Source: Simkaniaceae bacterium (GTDB lineage Bacteria; Chlamydiota; Chlamydiia; Chlamydiales; Simkaniaceae). Taken from it: a DNA stretch of 64,000 nucleotides. The notes beneath the pieces were generated by a model, which saw only the letters and a program-made list of their open reading frames with translations, searched no databases and was not told the DNA's origin. The position numbers and the translations under genes were made by a program. Position 1 is the stretch's first letter. Each line of letters opens with the position of its first letter. Location of the stretch: assembly GCA_026708385.1 (NCBI GenBank), contig JAPOVA010000010.1:5236-69235 (forward strand), given 5' to 3'. Below are positions 1-9,869 of the stretch, piece by piece.

Positions 1-1679
1 GACCCTTTTTAGCCCGTTTGATCCCCCCTCTGATCGAAGCCATGGGTGCCGATTTTCACGAACTCCCGACAGCACAAAGCCGGATCGAGGAGATCCTGAC
101 CTTTGAGGAAGAGGGCTTTTTGCAAACCCTCCGAAGAGGGGGCAATATCCTCTCGAAGGTGATCGAACGTGCCCTCCGGACCGAAACGAAAACGATCTCG
201 GGTGAGGAGGCGTTCAAACTCAAAGATACGTACGGTTTTCCGATTGAGGAGATTCTTCTCATCGCCAAGGATAACACCCTATCCGTTGACGTGGCACGAT
301 ACCGCACTTTGGAAGAAGAGGCCAGAAAACGATCGCAAAAAGCGCAAAAAAGGGTGCTCATCACGATGGGGGATACCATCTACGAGACCTTCCTCTCCGA
401 TCGAGGTCCGTCCGGTTTTGTCGGGTATGATGAAGAACATACGACAAGTCGGATCACGGGGCTCATCGTCGACGACGCTTTGGTCGACAAGATGGAGGCA
501 CCCCGAGAGGGGATCGTGATCTTACGTAACACCCCTTTCTACGCCGAGAAGGGGGGACAGGTCGGAGATACCGGATTGCTCGTCGGCGGGGGGGCTTTCT
601 TTTCCGTTACCGATTGTATCTCTCCCTTCACCGATGTGATCGCCCACGTGGGCCTTTTGGAAAAAGGGACGCTACGTGTCGGACAGGAACTCTCCGCTTC
701 CATCGATACCGAAAGGCGCTTGCACGTCATGAAAAACCATACCGCCACCCACCTTCTCCACTATGCCTTGCAACAGGTCGTGGGATCACACATCAGGCAG
801 GCAGGGTCTCTCGTGGAACCGGGGAGAATCCGGTTTGACTTCAACCACCATAAACGGCTACCCGAGGAGACGATGCGTGAGGTGGAGCGACTCGTCAACG
901 CCAAGATCCGCGGTAACGGACCCGTCACAACCTGCGAACTTCCCTTCGATGAGGTGCGTGAACGGACCGATATCAAGCAGTTTTTCGGAGATAAATACGG
1001 CAATATCGTCCGTCTCGTCGATATCGACGGCTATTCCAAAGAGCTCTGTGGAGGAACGCACATTCCCGCGACGGGTATGATCGGCACTTTTCGCATCACG
1101 AAGGAGGGAAGTATCGCAAAGGGAGTCCGGAGGATCGAAGCGGTTACGGGGGCGTGTGCCGATGTCCTCTACTACGAAATGGAGGACCGCCTCTCCCGTT
1201 TACGTAATCTGCTGGGTTGTGCGAAGGGAGAAACCGAAGAGGCCGTGGGAGCACTCATCCGGGAAAACGACCGCTTCAAGGAAAAGGCCCTCTTTGCAAG
1301 ACAACGTGAGCTGACCGCACTTGCCGACTCGTTGATGAAGGGCATCTCCGACGTACACGGAGTCCCCGTCCTCAGTTCCATCGTCAAGGCTACCAAGAAG
1401 GAGATGTTCGAACTCGGTAACGACCTGATGCAAAGATTGCGGTCGGGTATCGTCTTCCTCTGCCGCGTCGAAAAAGATGCGTGCGAGCTACTCCTCAAGG
1501 TCTCCCCCGACCTCGTGCAAAAAGGGGTCTACGCCAACGAATTCATCAAGAGGCTCGCCTCTTACGTCGAGGGATCCGGGGGAGGGAAGAAGGATTCGGC
1601 ACAGGCGGGGGGCAAAAACGCAAAGGGGATCATCATCGCCTTTGACGAAGTCAAAAACATGCTCAAGGAAAAAGAATAA
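1..1679 (+). CDS. alaS: Alanine--tRNA ligase, C-terminal part (5' end outside window)
   Basis: Frame is open from the window edge to TAA at 1677-1679. Editing-domain motifs HTATHLLHYALQQVVG and IRFDFNH, CGGTH zinc motif, C-terminal DHHA1-like tail. Confidence 0.9.
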   Translation, partial: PFLARLIPPLIEAMGADFHELPTAQSRIEEILTFEEEGFLQTLRRGGNILSKVIERALRTETKTISGEEAFKLKDTYGFPIEEILLIAKDNTLSVDVARYRTLEEEARKRSQKAQKRVLITMGDTIYETFLSDRGPSGFVGYDEEHTTSRITGLIVDDALVDKMEAPREGIVILRNTPFYAEKGGQVGDTGLLVGGGAFFSVTDCISPFTDVIAHVGLLEKGTLRVGQELSASIDTERRLHVMKNHTATHLLHYALQQVVGSHIRQAGSLVEPGRIRFDFNHHKRLPEETMREVERLVNAKIRGNGPVTTCELPFDEVRERTDIKQFFGDKYGNIVRLVDIDGYSKELCGGTHIPATGMIGTFRITKEGSIAKGVRRIEAVTGACADVLYYEMEDRLSRLRNLLGCAKGETEEAVGALIRENDRFKEKALFARQRELTALADSLMKGISDVHGVPVLSSIVKATKKEMFELGNDLMQRLRSGIVFLCRVEKDACELLLKVSPDLVQKGVYANEFIKRLASYVEGSGGGKKDSAQAGGKNAKGIIIAFDEVKNMLKEKE

Positions 1680-1773
1680 GAGACCGCTACCCCTTCTTTC
1701 AAAGCGAAAAAAACCCATCCCCGAAAGCCGGAGACAGGCTTATCCGCACGCGCCCGTAGGGAGCCGCGCCCGA

Positions 1774-2889
1774 TCAGAAATCGAAGCGAAGTTTCAGTGT
1801 CAGACCGTGGAGGGTCAGGTCGGCCCAACCGTCATCGACCCGATCGATCCAATTGCTCCACACTTGCTCCTCCCATCCGACTTGGAGGGCGAGGTGGTAG
1901 TTGTCATCACTAAACCACGCCTCCCACCTTCCGCCTATCTCCGCTTCAAGAATATTTTTGATCAGATAGTGTCGTCCGAGAGCATCGACGTTTTTGGGGT
2001 TAACGACATCCGTTTGCTCAACCCTGTCATATTCGGTCCACATAGCGGTCATGGCCAAACAGGAGTAGAGGCTCCATTCCTTGGAGAGATGCCAGGCAAA
2101 GTCCGAACCTCCGCGCACACCGATTCCCCACGTGCGCATCTCCTCCCGAAAAGATGGATTGTCACTACCCGTGTCGGGGTAAGAGGCAAAGTAGGTCGAC
2201 TTAGCCGACTGCGCCTCCCGACCTTTGAGATTCGTCTTCGTCTTAAAGACCTGCTTATGCCATGTACCCTTGAATCCGGTAAAGGGGCGCATCGTCAAAT
2301 ACTGGCTCAGGTAGAAGTTCCTCCCCAAGCCGAGATCAATCACATTGAAATCCAAATTCCACTCGGACGTCACCACACCGGGCTGCTTGGGTTTATCGGA
2401 AGTCGGAAAGACCGTCTTCCCCGTATTGCTCGGACGGAGCCATATGTACCGGGCACCGAGATCCCAACCGTCATGGCACAGATTCAGACCGAGACCCACT
2501 TTGAAACCGGGGGCCCAATCATGCGCCACGTAGCGCCGGACCCCCCTGCCTTGCAGACCGTACACTCTGCTAGGGTCGGACGGATCATCGGTATTCAACT
2601 TAAACGTCCCGGCGGTGGCATAACCCGGCTCCTGTTGCACCGCGTTCCACCAGATAAAATCGGCACACGCAAAGATATCCGCACCGTGCGCTACGCGAGG
2701 ACCTGCAACGGGGGTGATTTCACGGTAGGTACCACGCTCGTACATACCGTGACGATCCGACTGCGAACCCTCCGCATGCATCATCGAATCCGATGACGAG
2801 TGACTTCCATATTGTTGTTGTGTATTCGCATCCGCAAAGATGGCCACACACAGGGCCCCCAAGACGGGCCACATCTTCCTAAACTTCAT
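1774..2889 (-). CDS. Outer-membrane beta-barrel porin, MOMP-like (Legionella/Chlamydia-like major OMP family)
   Basis: Signal peptide MKFRKMWPVLGALCVAIFA/DA. Aromatic-rich alternating strands, DLGLGRNFYLSQYLTMRPFTGFKGTW motif, C-terminus LKLRFDF ending in Phe. Confidence 0.6.
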   Translation of the reverse strand: MKFRKMWPVLGALCVAIFADANTQQQYGSHSSSDSMMHAEGSQSDRHGMYERGTYREITPVAGPRVAHGADIFACADFIWWNAVQQEPGYATAGTFKLNTDDPSDPSRVYGLQGRGVRRYVAHDWAPGFKVGLGLNLCHDGWDLGARYIWLRPSNTGKTVFPTSDKPKQPGVVTSEWNLDFNVIDLGLGRNFYLSQYLTMRPFTGFKGTWHKQVFKTKTNLKGREAQSAKSTYFASYPDTGSDNPSFREEMRTWGIGVRGGSDFAWHLSKEWSLYSCLAMTAMWTEYDRVEQTDVVNPKNVDALGRHYLIKNILEAEIGGRWEAWFSDDNYHLALQVGWEEQVWSNWIDRVDDGWADLTLHGLTLKLRFDF

Positions 2890-3213
2890 CGCTTCTCCCT
2901 AGGTTGAGGTCTTTTTCCTTCTAGCTCTCTCCGCATCCGTAAGATGACATCGATCAAGAGCACATCAAACACCATGGCGAGATTCTTTTTCAACCAAAAA
3001 ACTTTTGCGGATGCATTTTTTCCCCCTCCGGTAAGACATCTCCCCCCCCCCGCACCTCTCGAGCCGGAGAGTAACACATCGACCACAATGCAACCGACAA
3101 TCCCTTTTGACAAGGGGTGTGAAAATGCGAAACCGGACCCGTCTACCGGAGCAGGCTCGCCATGAACATATCGCAAGAGTGCGTCGTCACCGGTCGAAAA
3201 AGCGATTCATACT

Positions 3214-4470
3214 TTAAGAGGAGACGACCCTTAAGTCAGCGAGTACCTCCTCCAAAGCGGCGATGAACATATCGACCTCCCGGTAGGTGTTGTACATGCC
3301 GAAAGAGATACGTGCCAAAGCGAAATGCCCCTCCTTTTCAATGGCAGGTTGTGCACAGAGACGACCCGTCCGGATCGCAATGCCTCGCAAATTCAACATC
3401 GTCCCTATGTCGAAGGGGTGGACATCCTCTACCGTAAAGCCGACGATGCCTCCCCTACCCCCCGAAGCATGTCCCTCCGGCCGGCCGAAAAGACGTACCC
3501 CCTCCGTCCGGAGAAGCCTTTCGGTCGCATATTCGACGAGAAGGTCTTTCCACATCCGGATCTTCTCTCTTCCCACGGAGAGAACATAGTCGATGGCGAC
3601 ACCGAGACCGATCGCTTCGGCAACGGGAGGAGTGCCGGCCTCAAACTTAAAAGGGGTCGGCTCGAAGGTTGTCGACGCAAAGGTGACGTCGGAGACCATC
3701 TCACCCCCCCCCGACACGGGAGGAAGGAGATCCAACACCTTTTTTTTTCCGTAGAGGACACCGATTCCCGTAGGACCGTACAATTTATGCCCGGAAAAGG
3801 CGTAAAAATCTACCCCCGAATCCTGCACATCAACCTCCATGTGGGCGACTGCCTGCGCACCGTCGACGAGCACCTTCGCCCCGACACGCCGAGCCATAGC
3901 GACGATCTCCCTGATGGGGAAGACCGTGCCCGCCGAGTTGGTTACATGTGCCATAGCAACAACTTTCGTTTTCTTTGTAAGATACTTGCGCAATATGTCG
4001 AGATCCGGCTCCAGTCGCTCATCACAGGGCAAAACTTTGAGGATCGCCCCCCGCTCTTTTGCGACGAATTGCCAAGGCAAGATGTTCGAGTGGTGTTCCA
4101 TTTCGGAAATGATCACCTCATCTCCCGGTTCTACGAAAGCTCTACCCAGCGCGCGGGCGGCTAAATTGATCGAATCGGTCGTCCCCCTCGTAAAGATCAC
4201 CTCCTCGTCAAAGCGGGCATTGATCAACCGAGCCACTTTACCTCTTGCAGCGGCATACTTATCGGTGGCAACGACGGCCGTATCGTAGACGGCACGGTGC
4301 ACGGTCGCATACTCTTCCGAATAGAAGCGGGAAAGGGCCTCGACAACGGCGAGCGGCTTGTGCGTCGTCGCCGCATTGTCGAGATAGATCAGGGGATTGC
4401 CGTTCACCTTCCGGTGTAGCATCGGGAAATCCTTGCGAAGCAAAACGACATCAAAAGGCGGGGGGCGCAT
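3214..4470 (-). CDS. sufS: Cysteine desulfurase SufS (class V aminotransferase)
   Basis: YLDNAATTHKP, PLP-lysine region SGHKLYGPTGIG, active-site Cys in RTGRLCAQP. Start placed at internal ATG 4470 (GGAG 5 nt upstream); ATG 4584 is an alternative. The ORF-track start at 4719 would overlap sufD. Confidence 0.85.
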   Translation of the reverse strand: MRPPPFDVVLLRKDFPMLHRKVNGNPLIYLDNAATTHKPLAVVEALSRFYSEEYATVHRAVYDTAVVATDKYAAARGKVARLINARFDEEVIFTRGTTDSINLAARALGRAFVEPGDEVIISEMEHHSNILPWQFVAKERGAILKVLPCDERLEPDLDILRKYLTKKTKVVAMAHVTNSAGTVFPIREIVAMARRVGAKVLVDGAQAVAHMEVDVQDSGVDFYAFSGHKLYGPTGIGVLYGKKKVLDLLPPVSGGGEMVSDVTFASTTFEPTPFKFEAGTPPVAEAIGLGVAIDYVLSVGREKIRMWKDLLVEYATERLLRTEGVRLFGRPEGHASGGRGGIVGFTVEDVHPFDIGTMLNLRGIAIRTGRLCAQPAIEKEGHFALARISFGMYNTYREVDMFIAALEEVLADLRVVSS

Positions 4471-4615
4471 CACGGCTCCGGTACCCCGTGTAGCCCGTTC
4501 CCGACACCCATCCGGTACGATCCCCACCCGACCGACGACGGTACTCGCCTCCGAACGCGCCCTTTCGTCGCCCTCGCTTTTCATCTCATCACCGAGCGAC
4601 CGGATCTCGCACCCT

Positions 4616-5749
4616 CTACCCATCGTCACGAACTGTGCGAGATGCGGGTTCATGCCGAAAAAAGGGGGGCAGTTCCCGGATAAAACCACGAACCAGATGC
4701 GCCTGCGCTTCCGATGCACTCAATCCGCGCGTTCTCAGGTAGAAGAGTTCTCCCGGCGTCGGTTTGGCAACCGTCGCTCCGTGCGTTGCCCTGACATCGT
4801 CGGTAAATACCTGAAGGCGGGGTCTGCTAAAGGCGGCCGACTCCGAATCCAGGATAAGATGGCGGCAGAGCTGATATGCCTCCGTTTTCCGTGCCCCTTT
4901 TCCCACGACGACGGTCCCCTCGAAACCGGATCGCGTTCGATCGAAAAGAACCCCCTTAAAGAGCTGATCCGATAGGGTGTGCGGAGCGTCGTGCTCGATC
5001 CGGACGCAGAGATGTCCCTCCGTTTTTTCCTCGAGCAGAGAGAGGCCTTTGAGTTCGACCCGAGCCCCCTCTCCCGCAAGGGACAAAGAGACATCCCTTC
5101 TCTGCACCCGCGCCCCCCTTCCGGACAAGAAAAGACGGACCGTGCCCGCCGATCGTACCTCTCCCTGCACGGCAAAAAAATCCCATCCCTCCGGACTTCT
5201 TTCCGCCTCATCATAGTGGGAGTAATCGGCGCCCTCTTCCACACTTACGTTGATCAATCCGTTGCTCCAAAAAGAACCCCCCTCACTCCGGGTACGTATG
5301 AGGGTAGCGAAACGGGAACCTTTACCCAGAAAGATCTCGAACCTGGGCTGTACGGCGGGGACACGGTCTTGTGCACGAACGGTATGGACGATTTCAAGGG
5401 GTGTTTCGATACGGATGCCGTCGGGCACATAGATGAAAAGCCCCTCCTGCGATGCCGCATGATTGAGAAGGCGGAGGGGATCCGATTCGCTACGCATCAA
5501 AGAGGCAAAACGCTTTTCCAAGACGGGGCGATACCGTTGCATCCCCTCGCGGAGGGGAAGAACAACGATGGAGGAGGGAGTCTCGTAGTGCAGGAGGGGA
5601 GGAGTGTGGGTAAAGTCGTTTTTCCCCGTCAACCGTTTTAACGAGACATAGGCAAACCCTTCCGAACGCTTATCGGGAAATCCGGGCCACTTATCCCAAA
5701 CTCCCTTCCGACAGGGGAGTTGTTTAAGGGCTTCGACAAGGGCAGTCAT
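4616..5749 (-). CDS. sufD: Fe-S cluster assembly protein SufD
   Basis: 377-aa protein between sufC and sufS. ATGA overlap with the sufC stop. SufB/SufD-type C-terminal region (FTDDVRATHGATV). Confidence 0.8.
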   Translation of the reverse strand: MTALVEALKQLPCRKGVWDKWPGFPDKRSEGFAYVSLKRLTGKNDFTHTPPLLHYETPSSIVVLPLREGMQRYRPVLEKRFASLMRSESDPLRLLNHAASQEGLFIYVPDGIRIETPLEIVHTVRAQDRVPAVQPRFEIFLGKGSRFATLIRTRSEGGSFWSNGLINVSVEEGADYSHYDEAERSPEGWDFFAVQGEVRSAGTVRLFLSGRGARVQRRDVSLSLAGEGARVELKGLSLLEEKTEGHLCVRIEHDAPHTLSDQLFKGVLFDRTRSGFEGTVVVGKGARKTEAYQLCRHLILDSESAAFSRPRLQVFTDDVRATHGATVAKPTPGELFYLRTRGLSASEAQAHLVRGFIRELPPFFRHEPASRTVRDDG

Positions 5750-6480
5750 AACCGGTCATACCCCCTCTCCTCCAACGTAAGGGCCAGCCCCTCGTCACCC
5801 GATCGCACGATACGACCCTCCGCAAGGACATGAACGGCCCCGGGTCGTACCACTTCCAGAAGACGGCGGTAGTGGGTAATCAAGAGGAGACCTTTATCCC
5901 TACCCATATATCCGTTTATCCCCTGCGCCACAACCCGCATTGCATCGATGTCGAGACCCGAATCGGTCTCATCCAAAACCGCGAAGCGGGGATCGAAGAG
6001 GAGCATCTGTAAGATCTCATTGCGCTTTTTCTCCCCCCCCGAAAAATCGGCATTGACATCCCGCTCCCGGAGTTCCGACCGCATCCGGACCTCCCCCATC
6101 TTCTCGGAAAGGAGGGAGGCAAAGGCCTCCTCGCTCAGGAGAGGTTCCTCTTTTGCCTTCCTGTGAGCGTTGTATGCCGTATGAAGAAAGTGTTGATTCG
6201 AAACACCCGGAATCTCCGTCGGATACTGAAACCCGACGAAGAGTCCGAGATGTGCCCTCTCTTCCGGTTCAAGATCGGAGAGTTCTTGGCCCGCGAGCGC
6301 AATCCTACCCTTCGTTACGACATAATCCGGACATCCCGCGAGCACCTTGGCCAATGTCGACTTTCCGGCACCGTTCGGACCCATCAAGGCGTGAATCTCT
6401 CCCTCTCCGACCTCTAAAGAGAGCCCTTTGAGAATCGCATGTCCCTCCACTTCAACGTGCAGATCTTCTATCTCCAACAT
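5746..6480 (-). CDS. sufC: Fe-S cluster assembly ATPase SufC
   Basis: Walker A GPNGAGKST, signature FSGGEKKR, Walker B AVLDETDSGLD. Start at ATG 6480 overlapping the sufB stop (TAATG). Confidence 0.9.
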   Translation of the reverse strand: MLEIEDLHVEVEGHAILKGLSLEVGEGEIHALMGPNGAGKSTLAKVLAGCPDYVVTKGRIALAGQELSDLEPEERAHLGLFVGFQYPTEIPGVSNQHFLHTAYNAHRKAKEEPLLSEEAFASLLSEKMGEVRMRSELRERDVNADFSGGEKKRNEILQMLLFDPRFAVLDETDSGLDIDAMRVVAQGINGYMGRDKGLLLITHYRRLLEVVRPGAVHVLAEGRIVRSGDEGLALTLEERGYDRL

Positions 6481-7919
6481 TAGCCGACGCTTCCTTCCAA
6501 CTTCATGGTCAACAGTTTTTGCGCCTCTACGGCAAACTCCAAGGGAAGTTCCTTTACGACCTCTTCGCAAAAACCGTTGACAATCATATGAATCGCCTCC
6601 TCTTCGGTAAGGCCGCGAGAACGCAGGTAGACAACCTGCTCTTCACTCATCTTGGAGGTGGAGGCCTCATGTTCTACCCTTCCCTCATCATGGTACACCT
6701 CGATGGAGGGGAAGGTGTGCACCGAACAACGATCACCGACAAGCATCGAATCACATTGCGTGAAGTTGCGAGCTCCCTCCGCCTTGGAACCGATGTGGAC
6801 GAGCCCCCTATACGTGTTGGATGAATGGTCGGTCGCAATCCCCTTGGCAATGATCGTCGACTTCGTATTCCTTCCCAAATGAAGCATCTTCGTGCCCGTA
6901 TCGGCCTGCATCTTTCCGTTGGTCAAAGCGGCCGAGTAGAATTCGCCGATCGAACCCTCCCCTCGCAAAATACAACTCGGATATTTCCAGGTAACCGCCG
7001 CCCCCACCTCAACCTGCGTCCAAGAAATCTTCGAGCGGTCCCCCCGACACATGCCCCTCTTCGTAACGAAGTTGTAGACACCTCCCTTCCCCGTCCTCTT
7101 GTCTCCCGCATACCAATTCTGTACGGTTGAGTATTTGATTTCGGCATCGGTTTCGGCAATCAACTCCACAACGGCGGCATGCAGTTGGTTGGAGTCGTAA
7201 GCGGGAGCCGTACACCCTTCGAGGTAGCTGACGTACGATCCTTCCTCTGCGAGGATCAACGTCCTTTCGAACTGTCCCGTCTCCTTATCGTTGATCCTGA
7301 AATAGGTGGAGAGTTCGACGGGACACGTAACACCTTTCGGGACGTAGACGAAAGAACCGTCGGAAAAAACGGCCGAATTCAGGGCGGCATAGAAATTATC
7401 CCCGATGGGGACAACGGTTCCCAAATACCTCTCGATGAGTGCCGGATATCTTTCCACCGCCTCCGTCATCGAACAGAGAACAACGCCCGCCTCTTCAAGA
7501 ATCCGGGTGTGGGTCGTGCCGAGGGAGACCGAATCGAATACGACATCAACGGCTACGTTTGCCAACCTCTTCCGCTCTTCCAAGGGGATGCCCAACTTTT
7601 CAAATGTCCGGAGAATCTCGGGATCCACCTCATCCAAACTACTGAGTTTCGGTTTGCTTTTCGGCTCGGAATGGTAGCTGATATTTTGGAAGTCAATCGG
7701 CTCCGCGGAGAATTGACCCCACTCCGGAGGTGTCATCTCAAGCCACTTACGGAAAGCCTTCAACCGGAAGGCAAGGAGGAAGGGAGGCTCTTTTTTCTTT
7801 GCCGAAATGTTGCGTACCACTTCCTCACTGAGCCCTTTAGCAAAGGTCTCCGACTCAATATCGGTCCTAAAGCCGTACTTATAGTCTTTATAACTCGCGA
7901 GCGATTCCTGCACTGACAT
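6480..7919 (-). CDS. sufB: Fe-S cluster assembly scaffold SufB
   Basis: 479 aa. Characteristic [23 protein letters not shown] and [21 protein letters not shown] motifs. First gene of sufBCDS. Confidence 0.92.
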   Translation of the reverse strand: MSVQESLASYKDYKYGFRTDIESETFAKGLSEEVVRNISAKKKEPPFLLAFRLKAFRKWLEMTPPEWGQFSAEPIDFQNISYHSEPKSKPKLSSLDEVDPEILRTFEKLGIPLEERKRLANVAVDVVFDSVSLGTTHTRILEEAGVVLCSMTEAVERYPALIERYLGTVVPIGDNFYAALNSAVFSDGSFVYVPKGVTCPVELSTYFRINDKETGQFERTLILAEEGSYVSYLEGCTAPAYDSNQLHAAVVELIAETDAEIKYSTVQNWYAGDKRTGKGGVYNFVTKRGMCRGDRSKISWTQVEVGAAVTWKYPSCILRGEGSIGEFYSAALTNGKMQADTGTKMLHLGRNTKSTIIAKGIATDHSSNTYRGLVHIGSKAEGARNFTQCDSMLVGDRCSVHTFPSIEVYHDEGRVEHEASTSKMSEEQVVYLRSRGLTEEEAIHMIVNGFCEEVVKELPLEFAVEAQKLLTMKLEGSVG

Positions 7920-8069
7920 GCGTCCGATCGTATCATACCGTTCTCCGCCGTGTCAAACCGGGAGCGACCGGGCGGAGGGTAGATCGGATGTCGTACCATC
8001 CCGACGTGGCGAAGGCGCGGAGGCCGAAACGGGACGGGAGAAGAGGCCGGCTACCCACGAAAACCCGAC

Positions 8070-9329
8070 TTACTCGTCGGAGCCGGCCTCCTCAATGGAG
8101 ACTCCTTCGAAATAAAACCGTTCGATTACCTCCCCCATACCTTGAGGCAACTCCCGTATCGGATTATTGCTTACGTCCGATTTCATCAGACGGGGCAAGA
8201 ACTGCATTTCCCAAGGCAATCTGCTTAACAGATTATCGTTTAAGTACAGCTCCTCCAAAACAGACAATCCGTACATACCCGGAGGTAACACTTCCAACAG
8301 ATTATGACTTGCGTTCAATCCCCACAACGCACGCAACTTTACCACCCACAAAGGCAACTTTCGTAAACGGTTCCCGCTTACATCCAGAAAAACCAAAGAC
8401 TTTAACGATTTCACCTCCTCGGGCAACTCTTCCAACCCGTTCTTACCCAACAACAAACGCACCAACTTCTCTAACTTTATGATGGTCGAAGGCAATCCCT
8501 TTAACCGGTTCCCGTGCACGTTCAAACTGCCCAAATTCACGAGGTTCCCTATCTCCGGAGGTAACTTTTGCAACCGGTTACTACCCAAATCCAAAGAGCA
8601 CAGGCATATCAGATTCCCGATCGTCGAAGGTAGCGTACACAACAGATTGCCTGCCAGATTCAAATATAACAGATTGATCAGATGTCCTATTCTCGAGGAC
8701 AATTCTCGTATCCCGTTGTTGTGTAAATCCATATGCTCCAAACGATCTAACTCCCACAACTTCTCGGGCAATGAGATCGAAATGTCCGGATGCCCTTTCA
8801 GCGTAAGACGCCGAAGAGCACCCAGCTCCCCTACGAACGAACAGAGGGCGTACGCATTTTCGATGGTCAAATCGTCGTTCCCGGACACGAACGTGCGCAA
8901 CATCACCCATGCTTGCTCACGTGCGGATCGAGCACGTTCCGCATCCCACCCTTCGGGGGGGGATGCGGGGTCGACACATGCACCCTGATTCATCAGAAAC
9001 ACCTCCAACATCCGATGACCCCCGCACCCCGGTATTCCCTCCGTTGCTTCGTCCGCAGTGTACCGGCGCAACGCATGAAAACCGAGTCCGGGCCGAGCCG
9101 TGGCGACTGCATCCGCCAACTCCGTCACAGAGGAATCGGGAGCTTCGCCGGTTCCCCCATCCACCGGACGGATCAAAAAGCTATGCGCCACATCCGACAC
9201 CGAGTCGGCACCCGGTATCGAAAGAACCGCGACCCGCTCCCCGGAGTCGGATCCCGTTTGTTGTTGTCGCACACCCGGCTGCCCGAAGCTCTCTATCGAA
9301 GAGGCACCGTTACCGACACCCTGAGTCAT
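8070..9329 (-). CDS. Leucine-rich repeat protein (eukaryote-like LRR; candidate secreted effector)
   Basis: Ser/Gly/Asp-rich N-terminus, then about ten 23-residue repeats LxxLxLxxNxLxxLPxxIxxLxx spanning about 8115-8813. Examples: LCSLDLGSNRLQKLPPEIGNLVN and LVFLDVSGNRLRKLPLWVVKLRA. Confidence 0.8.
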   Translation of the reverse strand: MTQGVGNGASSIESFGQPGVRQQQTGSDSGERVAVLSIPGADSVSDVAHSFLIRPVDGGTGEAPDSSVTELADAVATARPGLGFHALRRYTADEATEGIPGCGGHRMLEVFLMNQGACVDPASPPEGWDAERARSAREQAWVMLRTFVSGNDDLTIENAYALCSFVGELGALRRLTLKGHPDISISLPEKLWELDRLEHMDLHNNGIRELSSRIGHLINLLYLNLAGNLLCTLPSTIGNLICLCSLDLGSNRLQKLPPEIGNLVNLGSLNVHGNRLKGLPSTIIKLEKLVRLLLGKNGLEELPEEVKSLKSLVFLDVSGNRLRKLPLWVVKLRALWGLNASHNLLEVLPPGMYGLSVLEELYLNDNLLSRLPWEMQFLPRLMKSDVSNNPIRELPQGMGEVIERFYFEGVSIEEAGSDE

Positions 9330-9416
9330 ACCCTCCTCCTTGGATTACGTTAATGATCTGAAACGACAACCTCTTCGACATCATTCACACGACGCCGAAC
9401 CCTCTAACGAGTCCCC

Positions 9417-9806
9417 TTACGGCAACCCCCGGCACCCTCGATCCCGCCGACCATACCGACCGACTTCCCCCCCGAAGTGACTATCCGTCCCGGTCTCCGC
9501 ATCTTGCGGCAAGCTCTCCCGTACGGGCGGGAGGCTACCGACCCTTTGCGTCATTTTGAGACTGACGAGAGACGGACGGCAATCCCCGACCTCCCCAATC
9601 CCACCGACCACATCATCGGCCGACTCCCCCTCGTCGGTCGACTCCCACCCGAAGCGACCATCCGTCCCGGTCTCCGACGACCACCTTTCCGATTGAGAAA
9701 ACAGACCCCCTCCCTCGGGAGCGTTATCCCGAATCGGGAGGACGATCTCCGCATCTTGCCGAAAGACCCCCGGTACGGGCGGGGTGCCACCAACGATTTG
9801 CGTCAT
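9417..9806 (-). pseudogene. Two tandem copies of the 5' module of the adjacent LRR gene (small ORF or gene remnant)
   Basis: ATG at 9806 (MTQIVGGTPPVPG...ETGTDGRFG) and in-frame ATG at 9554 (MTQRVGSLPPVRE...ETGTDSHFG) resemble the LRR gene start MTQGVGNGASS...QTGSDSGER. Nucleotide identity is visible between 9470-9554 and 9650-9806. Confidence 0.35.
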
Positions 9807-9869
9807 ACGGTTCCTCCACGGACGCCTCGGAATGCCGGCAATTGTACTCCTTCGACACTTTTTGCACAA

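Noticed and set aside
1477-2796. 439-aa plus-strand ORF
   Set aside because: It lies entirely antisense to the well-supported porin gene and overlaps the alaS 3' end. The translation is Arg/Pro/Ser-rich with no motifs, a typical shadow ORF in GC-rich DNA.
2886-3176. Small ORFs (96 aa minus, 73 aa plus) in the porin-sufS intergenic region
   Set aside because: No RBS, and low-complexity translations driven by the poly-C/G tract. I treated this as non-coding promoter region.
7179-7916. 245-aa plus-strand ORF
   Set aside because: It is antisense to sufB, whose identity is unambiguous. No RBS or motif support.
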